From Octopus vulgaris (Eukaryota): DNA of 64,000 nucleotides. Numbering within the stretch: position 1 is the stretch's first letter; the number at the start of each line of letters is the position of its first letter. Both the position numbers and the translations under genes were made by a program. The notes under the pieces are model-generated. The model made no database searches, was not told where the DNA came from, and worked only from the letters and a program-made list of their open reading frames with translations. Of this stretch, positions 1 to 12,299 are shown piece after piece. The stretch covers positions 61,070,001 to 61,134,000 of the forward strand of contig OX597823.1 of the NCBI GenBank assembly GCA_951406725.2, written 5' to 3'.

Positions 1-149
1 TGCAGCCTATTGTCAATAACTAACCTAAGCTTACTTATTTAATCACTCACTCTAACAACTTCAATTCTCTAATTATCACATTTCTCTGCTAACTGTGTAC
101 CTACTCCACCTACTTCCTTTGATATTACCTACCTAGAATTATTATTTTT

Positions 150-505
150 TTTTTACCGTTCTTTGCCTACGATGAGTTTGACTGAAGGTCACCTTCCATC
201 TTATTTCATGCACACATCTACTTGCCTCTGCTTTTGCATCTCTGCAATATTTTCTGAGACCTTGCATCTCTGCAATATTTTCCGAGACCTTTCATCATAC
301 CATTGATGACAGCAGCAGCTCTGAAGTTTATCACCTCACAAGACGATGCAGGTGGCTATTTATTTGACTTTTGCATCTGAAAAGAATAAGAAAGCTGGTG
401 CAATCATTTGCTTACAACCAGAACGCTCTCCCACATGACTAGATGTTTCCTTTTTGATTTGGTTTGCTATATTTCACCCATTCGCTTACAATTTCTTGCA
501 TGCAA
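150..505 (-). mobile_element. Decayed 3' fragment of a probable R4/Dong-like non-LTR retrotransposon
   Basis: The minus strand gives broken peptide pieces (..AVINGMMKGLGKY..IAEMQK..) resembling the C-terminal 'GALG..KGL.KY...EIQK' region of RLE-clade LINEs. It ends in an A/(TAA) tail and is flanked by (ATT)n. Confidence 0.4.
234..289. repeat. 28-bp tandem duplication
   Basis: ttgcatctctgcaatatttt(c/t)(t/c)gagacc at 234-261 and 262-289. Confidence 0.9.
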
Positions 506-1078
506 TTATCATTATTATTATTATTGTTACTACTATTATTAACGTTGGGGTTGTTAGTCTAAGTCACATGATATGTTATATGTTAAGTGTTAGCAGTACA
601 AGACCCCCAAAAAACAAAAATGCTGGTTACTAAGGGAATACATCATAATAGACATTCCAGAAATTTGCGGTGGGAAGTGGGTGCTCTGAGGATGAACAAT
701 ACATACTTTAGATTTTAGGCTATCACTATAAGACAGCAAGAAATGAAAACGATACAAACATTAATGATAAAGCTAATGGATAGCAACATATATTTATATA
801 TATATATATTACTAAATTGCTACATGACAAAGCAAACAAATACAATTAGCTTAACTTTCCATGGATGGAGCAACTTGCAAAGTCACGTGACATATACAGA
901 GAAGGAAAGGAAACAGACAAATAGAGAGAAGGTGAGAGGGAGAGAGGACAAACAGCATACACTTTTGGTTTTAGGCTATCACTTTTAAGACAATGTGTAT
1001 GAGATGTGTTTTTCTTCAGCGTGCTTTATATATGTGTGTAGTGCATGTGAGAATAAATATATATATACATATATACAT

Positions 1079-1125
<47 letters not shown>

Positions 1126-1948
1126 AATTTAATTGAACCACTGATCCAGTGGTTCAGTTTGCCACCCACTGATGTAATGTTGCATCTTTCATCTAACTCC
1201 ATTTTGGTTAGTAATACAAAGGGAGCACAAACCAGGAACTCTTAACTTTTAGCTACATTCTAGACCACCTACAGAGTTGTGGTGCTTTAGTGAATTAAAT
1301 ATTAGTATAAATGAGCATTATTAAAAGTTTGATGCACTCTCACTTGCCCGACCTTAAACTCCTTGAATATGGCAAACATGTGTGGTCAAACAATTAAAAT
1401 ATTTCCTATGTTGCTTTTCTTTATGCAAGTATTGCTTTCTGTTCCTATGTCAACCAAAATGCCGTTTAACAACAATACAAATGGCTTCATAGATTCCGCA
1501 GCCCTCAAAGAAAGTGTGTTTGTGAGTATGTGAGATTATTTAGTAGTTACTTCTCAAGCATAATTTGTAAACAACTTTCATAACAAATATATTCCATCAA
1601 TTTCATTGTAGTTTGATATCTTGATGCTATTTTCACTTTTTACATTTGTATATTTGTAAAAAGAACTACTTCAGTGCTTCTGAAAAAAAACAACAAAAAA
1701 CAGATTTATAATTAGTGCCTACTTATTTATTTGGAAGACTCAAATTTTTCTTGATGTATGTAGTGAAATCGGTGTTCTTATATATTTAGTTTTCATTTCA
1801 TTTGTTAATTACTCTAGAAAAAATTGCCAGTAACTACTTTATTTATAGATTTTCTACAGCAATACATTTTGAAATCTTTATTTTCATTTTATTTTACTTG
1901 TCACATTCTTTTTCTTTTCTTTCATTTTTCTTCTTCATTGCTTCACAG

Positions 1949-1977
1949 ACATTCACCATACATTAAATGGCTAATAG
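1949..1977 (+). CDS. Candidate alternative terminal mini-exon (phase 1: xIHHTLNG**)
   Basis: A long pyrimidine tract ends in cttcacAG (1948). The phase-1 frame ends in a double stop TAA TAG. There is no transcript evidence. Confidence 0.3.
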
Positions 1978-2375
1978 TCAATCCGAGTTATTGACTTCAT
2001 TCAAAGACCAACGTAACTACACTTCAAGTCTATTGTTTTGTCTACATCCCATGACTTATTTCTCTTTTATCCAATTTATCTTACTCCACTGTATTATCAG
2101 TTCAACCAATTGTGCGATCAACCTTGTGAGAGGGAAAAAAAATCTATTTTCAGGTGGTGAATATTTGTTCAAATGCCAAAACTAGTCACATTTGATTCAC
2201 TCTGTCTAACGCTGTGACTAGACATTTTCAAAATTCCAAGTGCCTTGTAAGAATGCTTTTGATCAGTAAAAACCACAGAAGTAAGCAGAAATAGAAGAGC
2301 AGATTGGCTTCTTATTAAAGAGAATATCGTTGTCATTGTATTTATTATTATTATTATTATTATCGTCATCATCAA

Positions 2376-2820
2376 GGCAGCAAGTTGGCAGAACTATTAG
2401 CACACCTGACAAAATGCTTAATGCCATTTTGTCTGTCCTTACATTCTGAGCTCAAATTTCACTGAGATCAACTTAGCTTTTCATCCTCTTGGATTTGATA
2501 AACTAAGTACCAGCTGATCACTGGCATCAATGAAATTGACTTATCCCCACCCCAGAATTTCAGGTCTTGTGCCTGTGGTTGGAAGGATTATTATTACTAC
2601 TACTACTAAGGCAGCAAGCTAGCAGAATTGTTAGCACGCTGGACAAAATGCTTAGCACTTTTGTCTGTCACTACATTCTGAGTTCAAATTCCGCCAAGGT
2701 CAGCTTTATCTTTTATTCTGTCAGGGTCAATAAATTAAATACCAATTGAGTACTGGGAGTCAATGTAATCAACTATCCCCCTCCCCAAAATTTCAGGCCT
2801 TGTGCCTATAGTAGAAAAGA
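2376..2820 (+). mobile_element. Two tandem copies of tRNA-derived SINE family B (2376-2588, 2610-2820)
   Basis: Head ggc.gc.agctggcagaa..gttagcac..gagttcaaattc, central gcctttcatcc..gataaa.taagtacc motif, tail ggccttgtgccta.agtagaaa, then (ATT/ACT)n. Homologous to 42019-42231. Confidence 0.9.
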
Positions 2821-3130
2821 TTACTATTATTGTTACTACTACTACTACTACTACTACTGCTGCTACTGTGATAGAGCATGCTAATTTAGTTAGGTATTTT
2901 ATCTTGGTGTATGGTGACAACAAGTCTCTTCAAATCTCAAATTTGTGAACAGGTCTTAATGTATGCTTGCATCAGAGTGAAGTGTGCTAAAAGCACTGAA
3001 ACTGCAAATGATCTTAAGCCAGGCAAAATGTTAGCTCTGCTTTTCTCACCTTTTACACACATGTGCTATCTACATGCAACCTAGTTCCTCCACCATTCTT
3101 CAGACACCAGTGCACAGCTACACCAGTTTT

Positions 3131-3338
3131 ATTTAAACTGGCCATATCTGGCCAAAATATTTTATCTGTCTTGTATTCAAACTGACTAGTTGTGACCTCT
3201 CACACCAACCTACAATGTCATTCTAAAAATATACAATCACATCACTGAAATATCAAAGCTACTAGATAAGGCATGATTAATTCAAACCAATAAATAAGCA
3301 TTACTTTTGACAGAATAATGTGAATGCTAAACAGCTAA
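3131..3338 (+). mobile_element. Decayed copy of the TTAA/piggyBac-type MITE
   Basis: Internal homology to 53384-53574 (tttaaactggccatatctggccaaaatatt ... gacagaataatgtgaatgcta). Confidence 0.8.
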
Positions 3339-4029
3339 GTTACCTAGAAAGCTGGCATCAATGCAGTAGAGTTAAAGTAGCACCTGCAAAACCCACTGTT
3401 TTCTTTTTTACCAGCAACACCAAAGGACACTAACTTAACAACATAAACATACTACACACACAGACAACAAAAATACTAAGAGTTTCTTATAATTCCTCAT
3501 AAAACATTCACGGTTCGCATAGAAGACATTAAAGAATGTAAACATCACTCAGACATACTTAGGAAGGCATAGGTACTCTCCTCCACAATAGCTGCCACTG
3601 GAATTTATGATGACCGAGTAGTGGAGAGGGAGTCTGTCTAGCTTGTCATGCTGTTTATCAACGCATGTCAGAATGTTAAGTACAGTCCTCTGCTAGACAA
3701 CAGAAACATGTATGCCATAAGACTGCTTGATTGGAGCTGACCTGGGGTTGCATAACAACAGCATGGTTTCTGTGTTTAGGTAGCATGTTATGTAAAGCTT
3801 TTTGGTTTTATTATTGTTTTCTATGTATTATGTCATAGAAGATCCCTGCAAGTGTAATGTTAATGATTTGATAAAGAATTTCACAGTCATAAACTACAAT
3901 TCAGGGGAAAAAAAGAAATTATAAAAAAAAGAATTGGAAATGGATCTGACATCTAAAGCAACTGTTGTAGATATGTAAAGCTAATTGAATTGGTTATCAG
4001 ACAGTAGGCTCAGATATGAAAGTTAAGGT

Positions 4030-4360
4030 TCTGTGCAAAGTTCCCAGTCAAGGCACATAGCTTTCAGTATACAAGCTAACAAGGGAGCTTGTATGAAGTT
4101 ACTAGATGTGCTAGAAAAAGAAACCAAATATAAAGTTACTAGATATGCTAGAAAGAGAAACCAAATACAAAGTCACTAGATGTATCAGGAAGAGAAGCCA
4201 AATATGAAGTCATTTGATGTGCTAGAAAACAAAGCAAAGCCCACTTTACTGTCTTAAAAGAAGGATATATAAGATTTTGCAGTCCTATGTTCTCTAAGAA
4301 TAGAATGGTCACATTCGGAATGCCTTTGGAATTAGATCTACTGAAACAACAACAGCAACA
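4030..4360 (+). mobile_element. Dispersed repeat family E with an internal 37-bp x4 tandem expansion (4095-4240)
   Basis: The unit aagttactagatgtgctagaaa.agaaaccaaata is repeated about 4 times. The body (gctagaaata.cagcc ... gaatgcctttg ... aacaacaac) recurs at about 3700-3762, 40435-40605, 43990-44225, 53790-53870 (-) and 62855-62930. Confidence 0.7.
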
Positions 4361-4577
4361 TATTATACTAGCTATAGGAAAATGTCATGTAGGATACTGC
4401 ATTCAACTGTAATTATCAAAGGAGGGTTACTGAGTGCTTCACTGAGTTTTTGTCAACAGGGACATCCAATTAGCCTTGCATGTAAATAAACCTTGATGTA
4501 TTGTCATGAGTTATGATTGGTGAAGATGGAGGAAAGTAACTAATCAAATAGTGAAAAAAATTCTCAAAGTAGAATAA

Positions 4578-4920
4578 AAGGTAAAGGGTAAAGACCCCCT
4601 TTGGTCATGAATGATCAAGAGATTGCACCTACAAAGTTCCCCTCCAAGGCACAAGTCCGAGTAAGGTTGTTTATGGAAACAAAAACCAGCAGTTACCCAT
4701 ACATACCAACTTCTCCTCTCCACGCTACTAATGTTATCCAAGTAAAAGGCAAAGTTCGATACAGTTTGGTACCAGTGATGTCGCAACTCATTTCTACAGA
4801 TGACTGAACTGGAGCAATGTGAAATGAAGTGTCTTGCTCAAGAACACCACACAGTCTAGTCTAGGAATCGAACTCGCAACCTTATGATTGTGAGCTCAGT
4901 GCTCTAACCACTGAACCATG
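4578..4920 (-). mobile_element. tRNA-derived SINE family C (CORE-like centre)
   Basis: Minus strand: tggttcagtggttagagc A-box, gttcgattcc B-box, gtgttcttgagcaagacac CORE-like motif. Homologous to 48215, 55620, 60290 and 60673. Confidence 0.9.
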
Positions 4921-5569
4921 GAAAAGGAAGTAGTAAAGTTCAAATTTCAAATTCCTTCCAAGATGCAGAAAATTTGTCCTTTATTTTTGTTGTCAGTATC
5001 ATGTTGGTGTCTCAATTCCACTGAGACGCCATATCAATTGCAGTTAATGGAAATTTTCATTCAGTGTTGAAATTTCATGAATATTACAAAATGTATTTGT
5101 TGAAAATTAGTGAAATCTCATCAGGACATCATAACACCTATTATGAATCTATAATATGATTTTTTTAAATCAGAACCATCATGAACTATATATGCCATAG
5201 TTAAAGGCCTAAGCTACAGATTGAAATGATCAAAACATTAACCGTTATTTATTGAAGCTCTCTTGTGAAGATGAGCAAAAATATTGCATCTTAAATGGAC
5301 AGACTATATAAAAATTTGAGAGGTGATATCTGGAAATCTTTCCTTCTGGGTTGCTGGTGATGATGGTGGTGGAGGTGGTGTGATAAAATAAGTATCCAAT
5401 CGCTCAGATTTAGGCCTTATGATTATATAAGAAACCAGTGTTAGGAAACTGAACTGAAGAATTATGGACTTTCTTTTTGTCTCCCATTCGTTTTAACATT
5501 CAGTATACGTTACATCGTTTGTTTATACATTTTTCATTTATGTGTGTGTGTGTGCATGCACACATGATG

Positions 5570-5700
5570 GACTTATTTCACCCATAAAGACTTCATTGGC
5601 TCAGGGCTAAAATAGAAGAGATTCATTGTCCAAGGTGCCGCACTGTGAGACTAAGCCTGAAACCATGTGGTTTTGGAGGCAAACTTCTTCAATCGCCTAT
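5570..5700 (-). mobile_element. SINE family A 5' part, decayed
   Basis: tagaagag..tgtccaaggtgccgcactgtgagactaagcctgaaaccatgtgg matches the reverse of the 50722 head. Confidence 0.75.
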
Positions 5701-6642
5701 ATGTGTAGCCTTAAGGTTTTTGAATTTCTACAGATGAAAGGAATGGGTTAAAATCATGGTCTAGGTAGAAGAAACATTTCCCATTTTGTGTTCCAGTCTC
5801 CTTTATATAGCTTGCGTTTGCTGAATTTCTATAACTATCTGATAAAGTTGTTTACTTAGTATCACAATGTACGCATATTATTTGAAGTCATTACTGTGAC
5901 ATGGAGTGAGGTGTAACTGCTGTTGATGATGATGATGCTAATTACTCGATATAGCATTTTTCTGTTAGTTTTGTGCTTTATATTGGATGCAAATGTTTGC
6001 CAGTTTTTCTGTGGTTTATTTATTTTGCCTTGTTTCGTTGTTTGATGCTGGCTTTTATTTTGGTTGTGTGTGGTTTCGGTGTATTGTGTTTGAGGTTGTC
6101 TCTGGTTTTTATCAGATTAGCTATTTCTAGTGTTTAATTGGGGATTGTATTTTTTTTTTATATTTCCTTGTGTGGTACTTTTTTCTTTTTGTTTTGATGT
6201 GCCTATAATTATTTTGTCGAATGTATGTACTACAGAATGGCTACAAATTGGCTGAGCTACTGGAGTGTTGGATAGAATGCCTTGCAGTGTTTGTTCCTGC
6301 TCTCTATGCCCTGAGTTCATATCACACTGAGGTCAGTTGTGTCTTTCAGCCTTCCAGGCCTGATTAAACCATTAGTCATATATACGTACCAATACCCCCA
6401 CTTTCTGTGTTGCATTGGGAGAAGGGTCAGTGAGATGGTGACTCCTTAGAAGGGTCTTGCAAGAGGCTAGCAACCTTTTCTCAGAGAAAAACTGATATAG
6501 TATTGGAAATGTCCAATGACAGACTGATATGGAGTACAGCTTAGAACAGAACTAGAGATGCGGTGTCTATGCTGGTAATAATGTTGTTTGCGAACCTTTG
6601 AAAACCTTGATTCCATTTCATGGCAGAACTCCTTCCGTTATC

Positions 6643-7014
6643 TTTTATCTTTCACTTGTTTCAGTCATTGGATTGTTGCCCTGCTAGGGCACCACTTTGA
6701 ATGGTTTAGTCAAACAAATCAACCCCAGTACATATTTTTAAGCCTGATACCTATTCTGTTGGTCTTTTCTGCCAAACTGCTAAGTTACTTAGACATGTAA
6801 AACAAAAACCAACCCTAGTTGTCAAGTGGGTAGGGGGAACAAACACACACAGACACACACACTTATACACAACATGTTTCTTTGAGTTTTCTTCTACCAA
6901 ATTTATCGACCTCAAAAGGATGAAAGGAAGTCGACCTCGGCAGAATTTGAACTTAGACACAATACCACTAAGCATTTCACCCGGCATGCTAATGTTTCTG
7001 CCAGCTCACCACCT
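6643..7014 (-). mobile_element. Family A 3' part fused directly to a family B 5' part
   Basis: 6643-6903 is the family A tail (cttgtttcagtcattgg...ctaccaaat). 6900-7014 is the family B head (tcgacc..aaggatgaaagg..ctgccagctcaccacc). Confidence 0.8.
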
Positions 7015-8944
7015 TTAAAAGCCTGTAATATTGTTTAAAAGGCAGGTAATATTCTTCATATTATCATGATTAACAAGAAATCAATTGGAATACTTCTTTT
7101 ACCTCCTCTAATTGAATATCATGGTCCTATTAGTATCATATTTGCTGTCAAATCTAACTGCTACACTATTCTCTCTGTCGTATTCTATTGGAAAACTATG
7201 CTGTTTACTTTACAATTCTACTATAATGGCCTTTGCTCCTCAGAGCTGGCTGGTTATATACCCTCACAACTTGGGCACCCCAACCCACTTGTCTCCCCAC
7301 CTGTCATCATCTTTGACGCATCCAACTCCTCCTTTCTGCAGTAAACCTAATCCTATTCCAGCACATCAATCTCCTGGATTCTTCCCCCTGCTCATATCTT
7401 GCAAGCATTGGCCTGTAATAATTTGAAATGGAATGTTATTAGTGTCAGTCTCACCTGTTTCAGTGAGATCGTGAACCCTTCTTACAGGCTTAACAAATTG
7501 GAAAACCAAATAAAACAACTCTGCCCCGCAGCTTTTTCACTCTCACCTCATAGCATATGCTTGGTTGTGCAAGAATCAGAAGTTAAATACATCACACTGA
7601 AATGTGGACTGTTAAGATGAGAGACAACAAATTAGAGAAGTTAATGAATTAAGCATATTCACAAGGAATTCAAGAAACAAGCTTTGGTATGGCAATTATC
7701 TCTTACAAAATGATTATTTCCAAAGCTATAGTTCTGTTACATAAAAATGTTGCATAAAATGATTGTGAAATGCATCAGGGTAATAGACAGACCTGCCACT
7801 TAACTAACTAGAAAAGAATTCTTATACTAAATCATTCTGATTGGTTGTTACATGATAGGCATGCATCATGTCCATCGTATAAATTTATTAGGCTTCAACT
7901 TTCAAATTCAACCCTTTAACTGCAAAATTAAATTTCATGATTATTCCAGTAATAGAATTGGTATTTTCTGCAAGTCACGTTGTCTCAGGATACTTGACAT
8001 ATCACAGCAAAGAATACTTTCAAATATGACCGACATTCTCCCAACAACTGGTAGACTAATATGTAAAATTGCTCTCTGCAGATAATGAAATTTTGAGTGG
8101 CGACATGTGGTTTCCACAGTAAAAGGGTTAATCGATTGATTTTTTTTTTTTTAAGTGGAATTTCCAATACAGAGGATTTTAACAGGATTCATAGAATAAT
8201 ATTTCTAATATTTATTCTTAGTCTTTCGTCTCGCCAACATCTAGGTCAGCACTGGTCTTACACTTGGGTCAGTTCAGTTGTTTGCCCCCACTTCATATGT
8301 AATTAGACCAGGTAGAAATGTATGAGACAGCAGAAAATGATAGAGACAGCCAGCTTAGTATATTAGAAGAACACTGAACTTGATCATTACATCAAGTTTA
8401 GTGTGTCCTTGTTCTGAAGTCAAATATCACATTACCATTTTTTTCCAGCACATAAGTCAAATTTTTCAGATCAAAATTTACAGCCGCAAAAAAAAAACCC
8501 AAAAAAACTTATACATCAAGATGACTTTGGAGGGTCAACAATCCCATGGGAAATGCAGCAGGATTTGGATAGATAGCGACAATGTATGGATATTTGCACT
8601 ATATGTTTATAGTATATACTACATTGACATGTATGCCATAAAATATGGAGTACTGAAGGTCATTCAATAGAATACATCAAATTCTCTGCAAAAAAAAAAA
8701 AAAAAGTTAGCTTTGTACCTCGCCATAAGAAATCAATAGGTTGAAAAATACAAAACTGAAGGATTGAAATTTTTCATTCCAAATTCTTAGAAATAATTCA
8801 GAATTTTAGAATTGATTCATTATTTTGATAGTATTACTTGCTGTATTTATTGTTTTGTAATAAGCAAATATAAAGCAAAATTATTTTAAATGTTTTTTAA
8901 TCAGAATTCTTAAAAAAAAATTTAAATAACATTTTAAACTTCTC

Positions 8945-9041
8945 TAAGTTATGGGAGCATAAACACACCAACACTTCAAATGGTGGCTGGGTGGGTGGGG
9001 GACACACAAAGACATACACATGTGTGTGTCATAAGCCTGCC

Positions 9042-9073
<32 letters not shown>

Positions 9074-9230
9074 GATAGCCAACTTTCAGTTTCTGTCTAC
9101 CAAATCCACTCATACAGCTTTGGTTGGCCCAAAGTTATAGAAGACACTCACCCAAGGTGTCACACAGTGGGACTGAACCTGGAACCATATGATTGGGAAG
9201 CAAACTTCTTACCATAGATCCATGCCTATG
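8945..9230 (-). mobile_element. SINE family A, partial
   Basis: taagttatgggagcataaacacacc, then (TA)n, then tttcagtttctgtctaccaaatccactc ... gggactgaacctggaacc. Confidence 0.85.
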
Positions 9231-9669
9231 TCTTTGAAATTTCCCTTTTTTTAAACGTTATTCACATTAATTCTACTGGTTTGTGTGAGAATGAGATAGA
9301 GAGACCCCTAATTTCTTCATTCTGTGACAAACACTTGAATCTGAGTAAAAGTTACGTTTCTCTGATACTGTTAAGTTTTGTCTGCCTTATCTTGTGTATT
9401 CTTTTATCTTTGTTTGCCCATGCTTATCATTGGAACCAAAGAAACACTTTACTCTTTTATTTTCATCAGAAATTCATTCAGTGACTCATTTTGTTCTTTC
9501 TGATCAGTTCTTTTACTTATGCCATGCTACTTGACAGTATAATCCTCCTGGCATGCACATACATCCATATTCTCTCGGGTTCTGTATAAAGACAAAATAG
9601 TTTTCTGTTATCACTTTAATCAAATATGTATTACACTATGTAATGAACTTTTTTTTCTTTGTCTTTTGT

Positions 9670-10096
9670 CAGTAAGTGTTATTTCCTGTTTGTTTTTATC
9701 TAGAAATCAAAGGAAGTGACTACTATTCCTTTCAAACTTTGCTTTTGTCACCCGGACATCAATGTTTTCAAACTGACCTGTTTTCCATTACATTTCAGAC
9801 TGATTCGGTGCTGAGTTGCTGAAGCAGAAATATTGTTATAGCAAATATTCTGCTCAATATTACGCATTTGTTTGTCAGTTGTTTGACCTTAACCACTTTA
9901 GCATGTCCCTTAGAGGCTGACAGTACATGCATCTCTGATCATGAGCAGGAGTAGTGGGGGAGCATCATAGCTATGTGTTGAGAGAGGGATTCTTTGGGGT
10001 TTGAATAAATGTAACAAAAGCAAAATTTGAAGGAAATACTAGCCACTTTTCATACTTTCTAGGGATAAGCAAATAAGAAATAACAGTTGCTCCCCA
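9670..10096. mobile_element. MITE / non-autonomous DNA transposon with about 75-bp imperfect TIRs
   Basis: 9677-9751 (tgttatttc..ctagaaa..aagtgactactattcctttcaaactttgcttttgtcac) is inverse to 10011-10085 (gtaacaaaagcaaaatttgaaggaaatactagccactt..tttctag..gaaataaca). Confidence 0.85.
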
Positions 10097-10497
10097 AGGA
10101 CCAAAATCATGTTACATAGTGTTATATGCTAAGTATTACCTTATAGTGAATTTGTCAGGTATAAGACACTGCAACCAATTGTCAAATGCTGATTGAAATC
10201 ATTTCACTACAAATACCTAGAAAATGTTATGAAAACTTCATAACTTCTTGTTTCCAATTTTTTTTTGTTTTTTTTTTTTTGTATTTTTGTCTCTCTACCA
10301 TATTGGGGTTTTATGTCAAAATAATGAATTTGAATCCTGGTTATTTTCATATTTAATTGATTAAGACTTTCTCTTATTCTTTTGCAGCATCCTCTCTTTC
10401 TCTCCCCTACACTTCTCTCTGTATGTCTGTGTGATTATATATATACACATATATATATATGTATTTTATTTTGCTGACTTTCTTTTGTCTGTTCCAG

Positions 10498-10517
10498 GTG
10501 ACCTACTACCTCAGTAA
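10498..10517 (+). CDS. Candidate terminal exon (phase 1: xDLLPQ*; phase 0: VTYYLSNG*)
   Basis: Canonical branch point gCTGAC (10473-78), pyrimidine tract and ttccAG|G, followed by an abruptly GC-richer ~100-nt segment. All three frames close quickly. Confidence 0.45.
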
Positions 10518-10994
10518 TGGCTGATTCCTGGAGGAGTTGTCAGAACATTCTCAGTGGCGACATCACATGAGCACTGATTAGCAGCTGTTGATTAGTGCCC
10601 ATAGGCAGGTTTTTATTATTGCCGTCACTAATGGACTTTTAAGCATCTTGTTAATCAGGTTATTCTTTGCCATTGATGTGCAATGTTTATATATTTGTTC
10701 TTATTTTTTTTTCAATGTGTATTTTAATTTATTAACTTATTTTTTATTGTCCCCCCACCCCATTTCTCTCTGAATTAATTATACCCATGATGGGTTTCAT
10801 ATCAAACAAAGAAAAATTATTAAATAGTATTTCAGTGAGTTAATTTGCTATTTGTGTGGGTCAAAATGATGAAATCTAAATAATAAATGACAATAAAATT
10901 GTCGTTTATCCCAACACACACTGGCTGATCCATATACGTAAATAAATAATTGAAACACTTCTGTAGAAACATTAGATCTTGAGCTAATAGGAGA

Positions 10995-11215
10995 TGGCCG
11001 ACACAGTAGAGCGCCGGACTAAATGCCTCACAGCATTTAGTTTCGTCCCTCTCCTTTCCATGTTTACAACACATCAAGTCAACTTGGCCTTTCGTGCTAG
11101 CTAGCGAAGGCTGATGAAGTGAGTACTGGTGTTATAATAGGCTCGATTATACTGTACTTCTCCCCCCCCCCCCCGACAAAAAAAATGATGGCTCTGTGCC
11201 TAATCAAAGGAAATC
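10995..11215 (+). mobile_element. Old, decayed SINE family B copy
   Basis: Recognisable remnants: cagtagagcgccggactaaatgc..gtcaacttggcctttc..gatgaagtgagtac..tgtgccta. Confidence 0.65.
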
Positions 11216-11617
11216 AATATTCAGCCAAAATTTTCAATATCAACTAATATTGAGTTTTCCCCCCACACCCCCACCCCACCCCTCTATTTCCTATCATTCT
11301 GACATCTCACTCACACAGTGATGATACAACCTATCTCTTGTCTGTTAACATACAGTATGTGTTTATTTACATACGTGTGTGTGTGTTATATATTTATATA
11401 TATATATATGTACGTGTTTGTGTGTGTATATATATATATATATATAGACATATACACATACATCTGTATGTACATATATATATATATATATATATAATCG
11501 TTTTTTTTTATGTTTAAGAAGATATCAGTTTTTGTCACTTTTATATGCATGTGCTCAAATACCACATAACACTCTCAATACATACAAACATACACACACA
11601 CATATTAACATATATAC

Positions 11618-11654
<37 letters not shown>

Positions 11655-12299
11655 AACATTTTCTGGTACTCTTGGTTCCACCCACACCAATGCCAGATTA
11701 TCTGCACATAATAATACTTCTGGTTAAATTACTAGCAGGATTGAGATGACTGCTGCCACTTTGTTTAATAATTTTTTCACTGCTAAACTTTCTTGATACA
11801 CCTTTGTTTCTGCATTAGAAACTTCTTATAAAGTTGGAAACATTCACTCTAGATTTCAACCATAATAATATGAAAGTGCAAATATTTAAAAACTAAATCC
11901 ACTAATTGTCAATACCAAATCTAATGACCATACCTGGCCCTCTCTTGAAGTGTAACAATGAAAGGCATATATTTACCTTTTTTCTTTCTCACACTGGGAC
12001 ACTGTGAAGGTATGTTATCTTCTAACTTGCTCTTCACTGAGAGAGCATCCGGTGTAGTGTGTGGTATCAGTTTTGAGATTTAGATATTCGCATCTTTATA
12101 TTATTGTAAATAGGCGTAGGGAAAGTGTTTCCACCTTCGTGATAATGTTACAAGTGAATAAACAACAGTCTATCGTGGAAGCTTGGTAATGAAAGAATTG
12201 CTAATAATGGGCACTATAACTTTAAGTGTCTTCACGTAATTATGTCCAGATTAAAGGAGGTACCACATTGTTTATTGCCAAAACATTGCTACAGTACAT

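Noticed and set aside
1967-2185. ORF MANSQSELL.. as a first coding exon
   Set aside because: The donor is weak (C|gtaact), the product is unrecognisable and no promoter-like context is visible. It is retained only as an alternative reading of the 1949 acceptor.
4095-4240. CRISPR-like array
   Set aside because: The units are contiguous with no unique spacers, and the context is eukaryotic.
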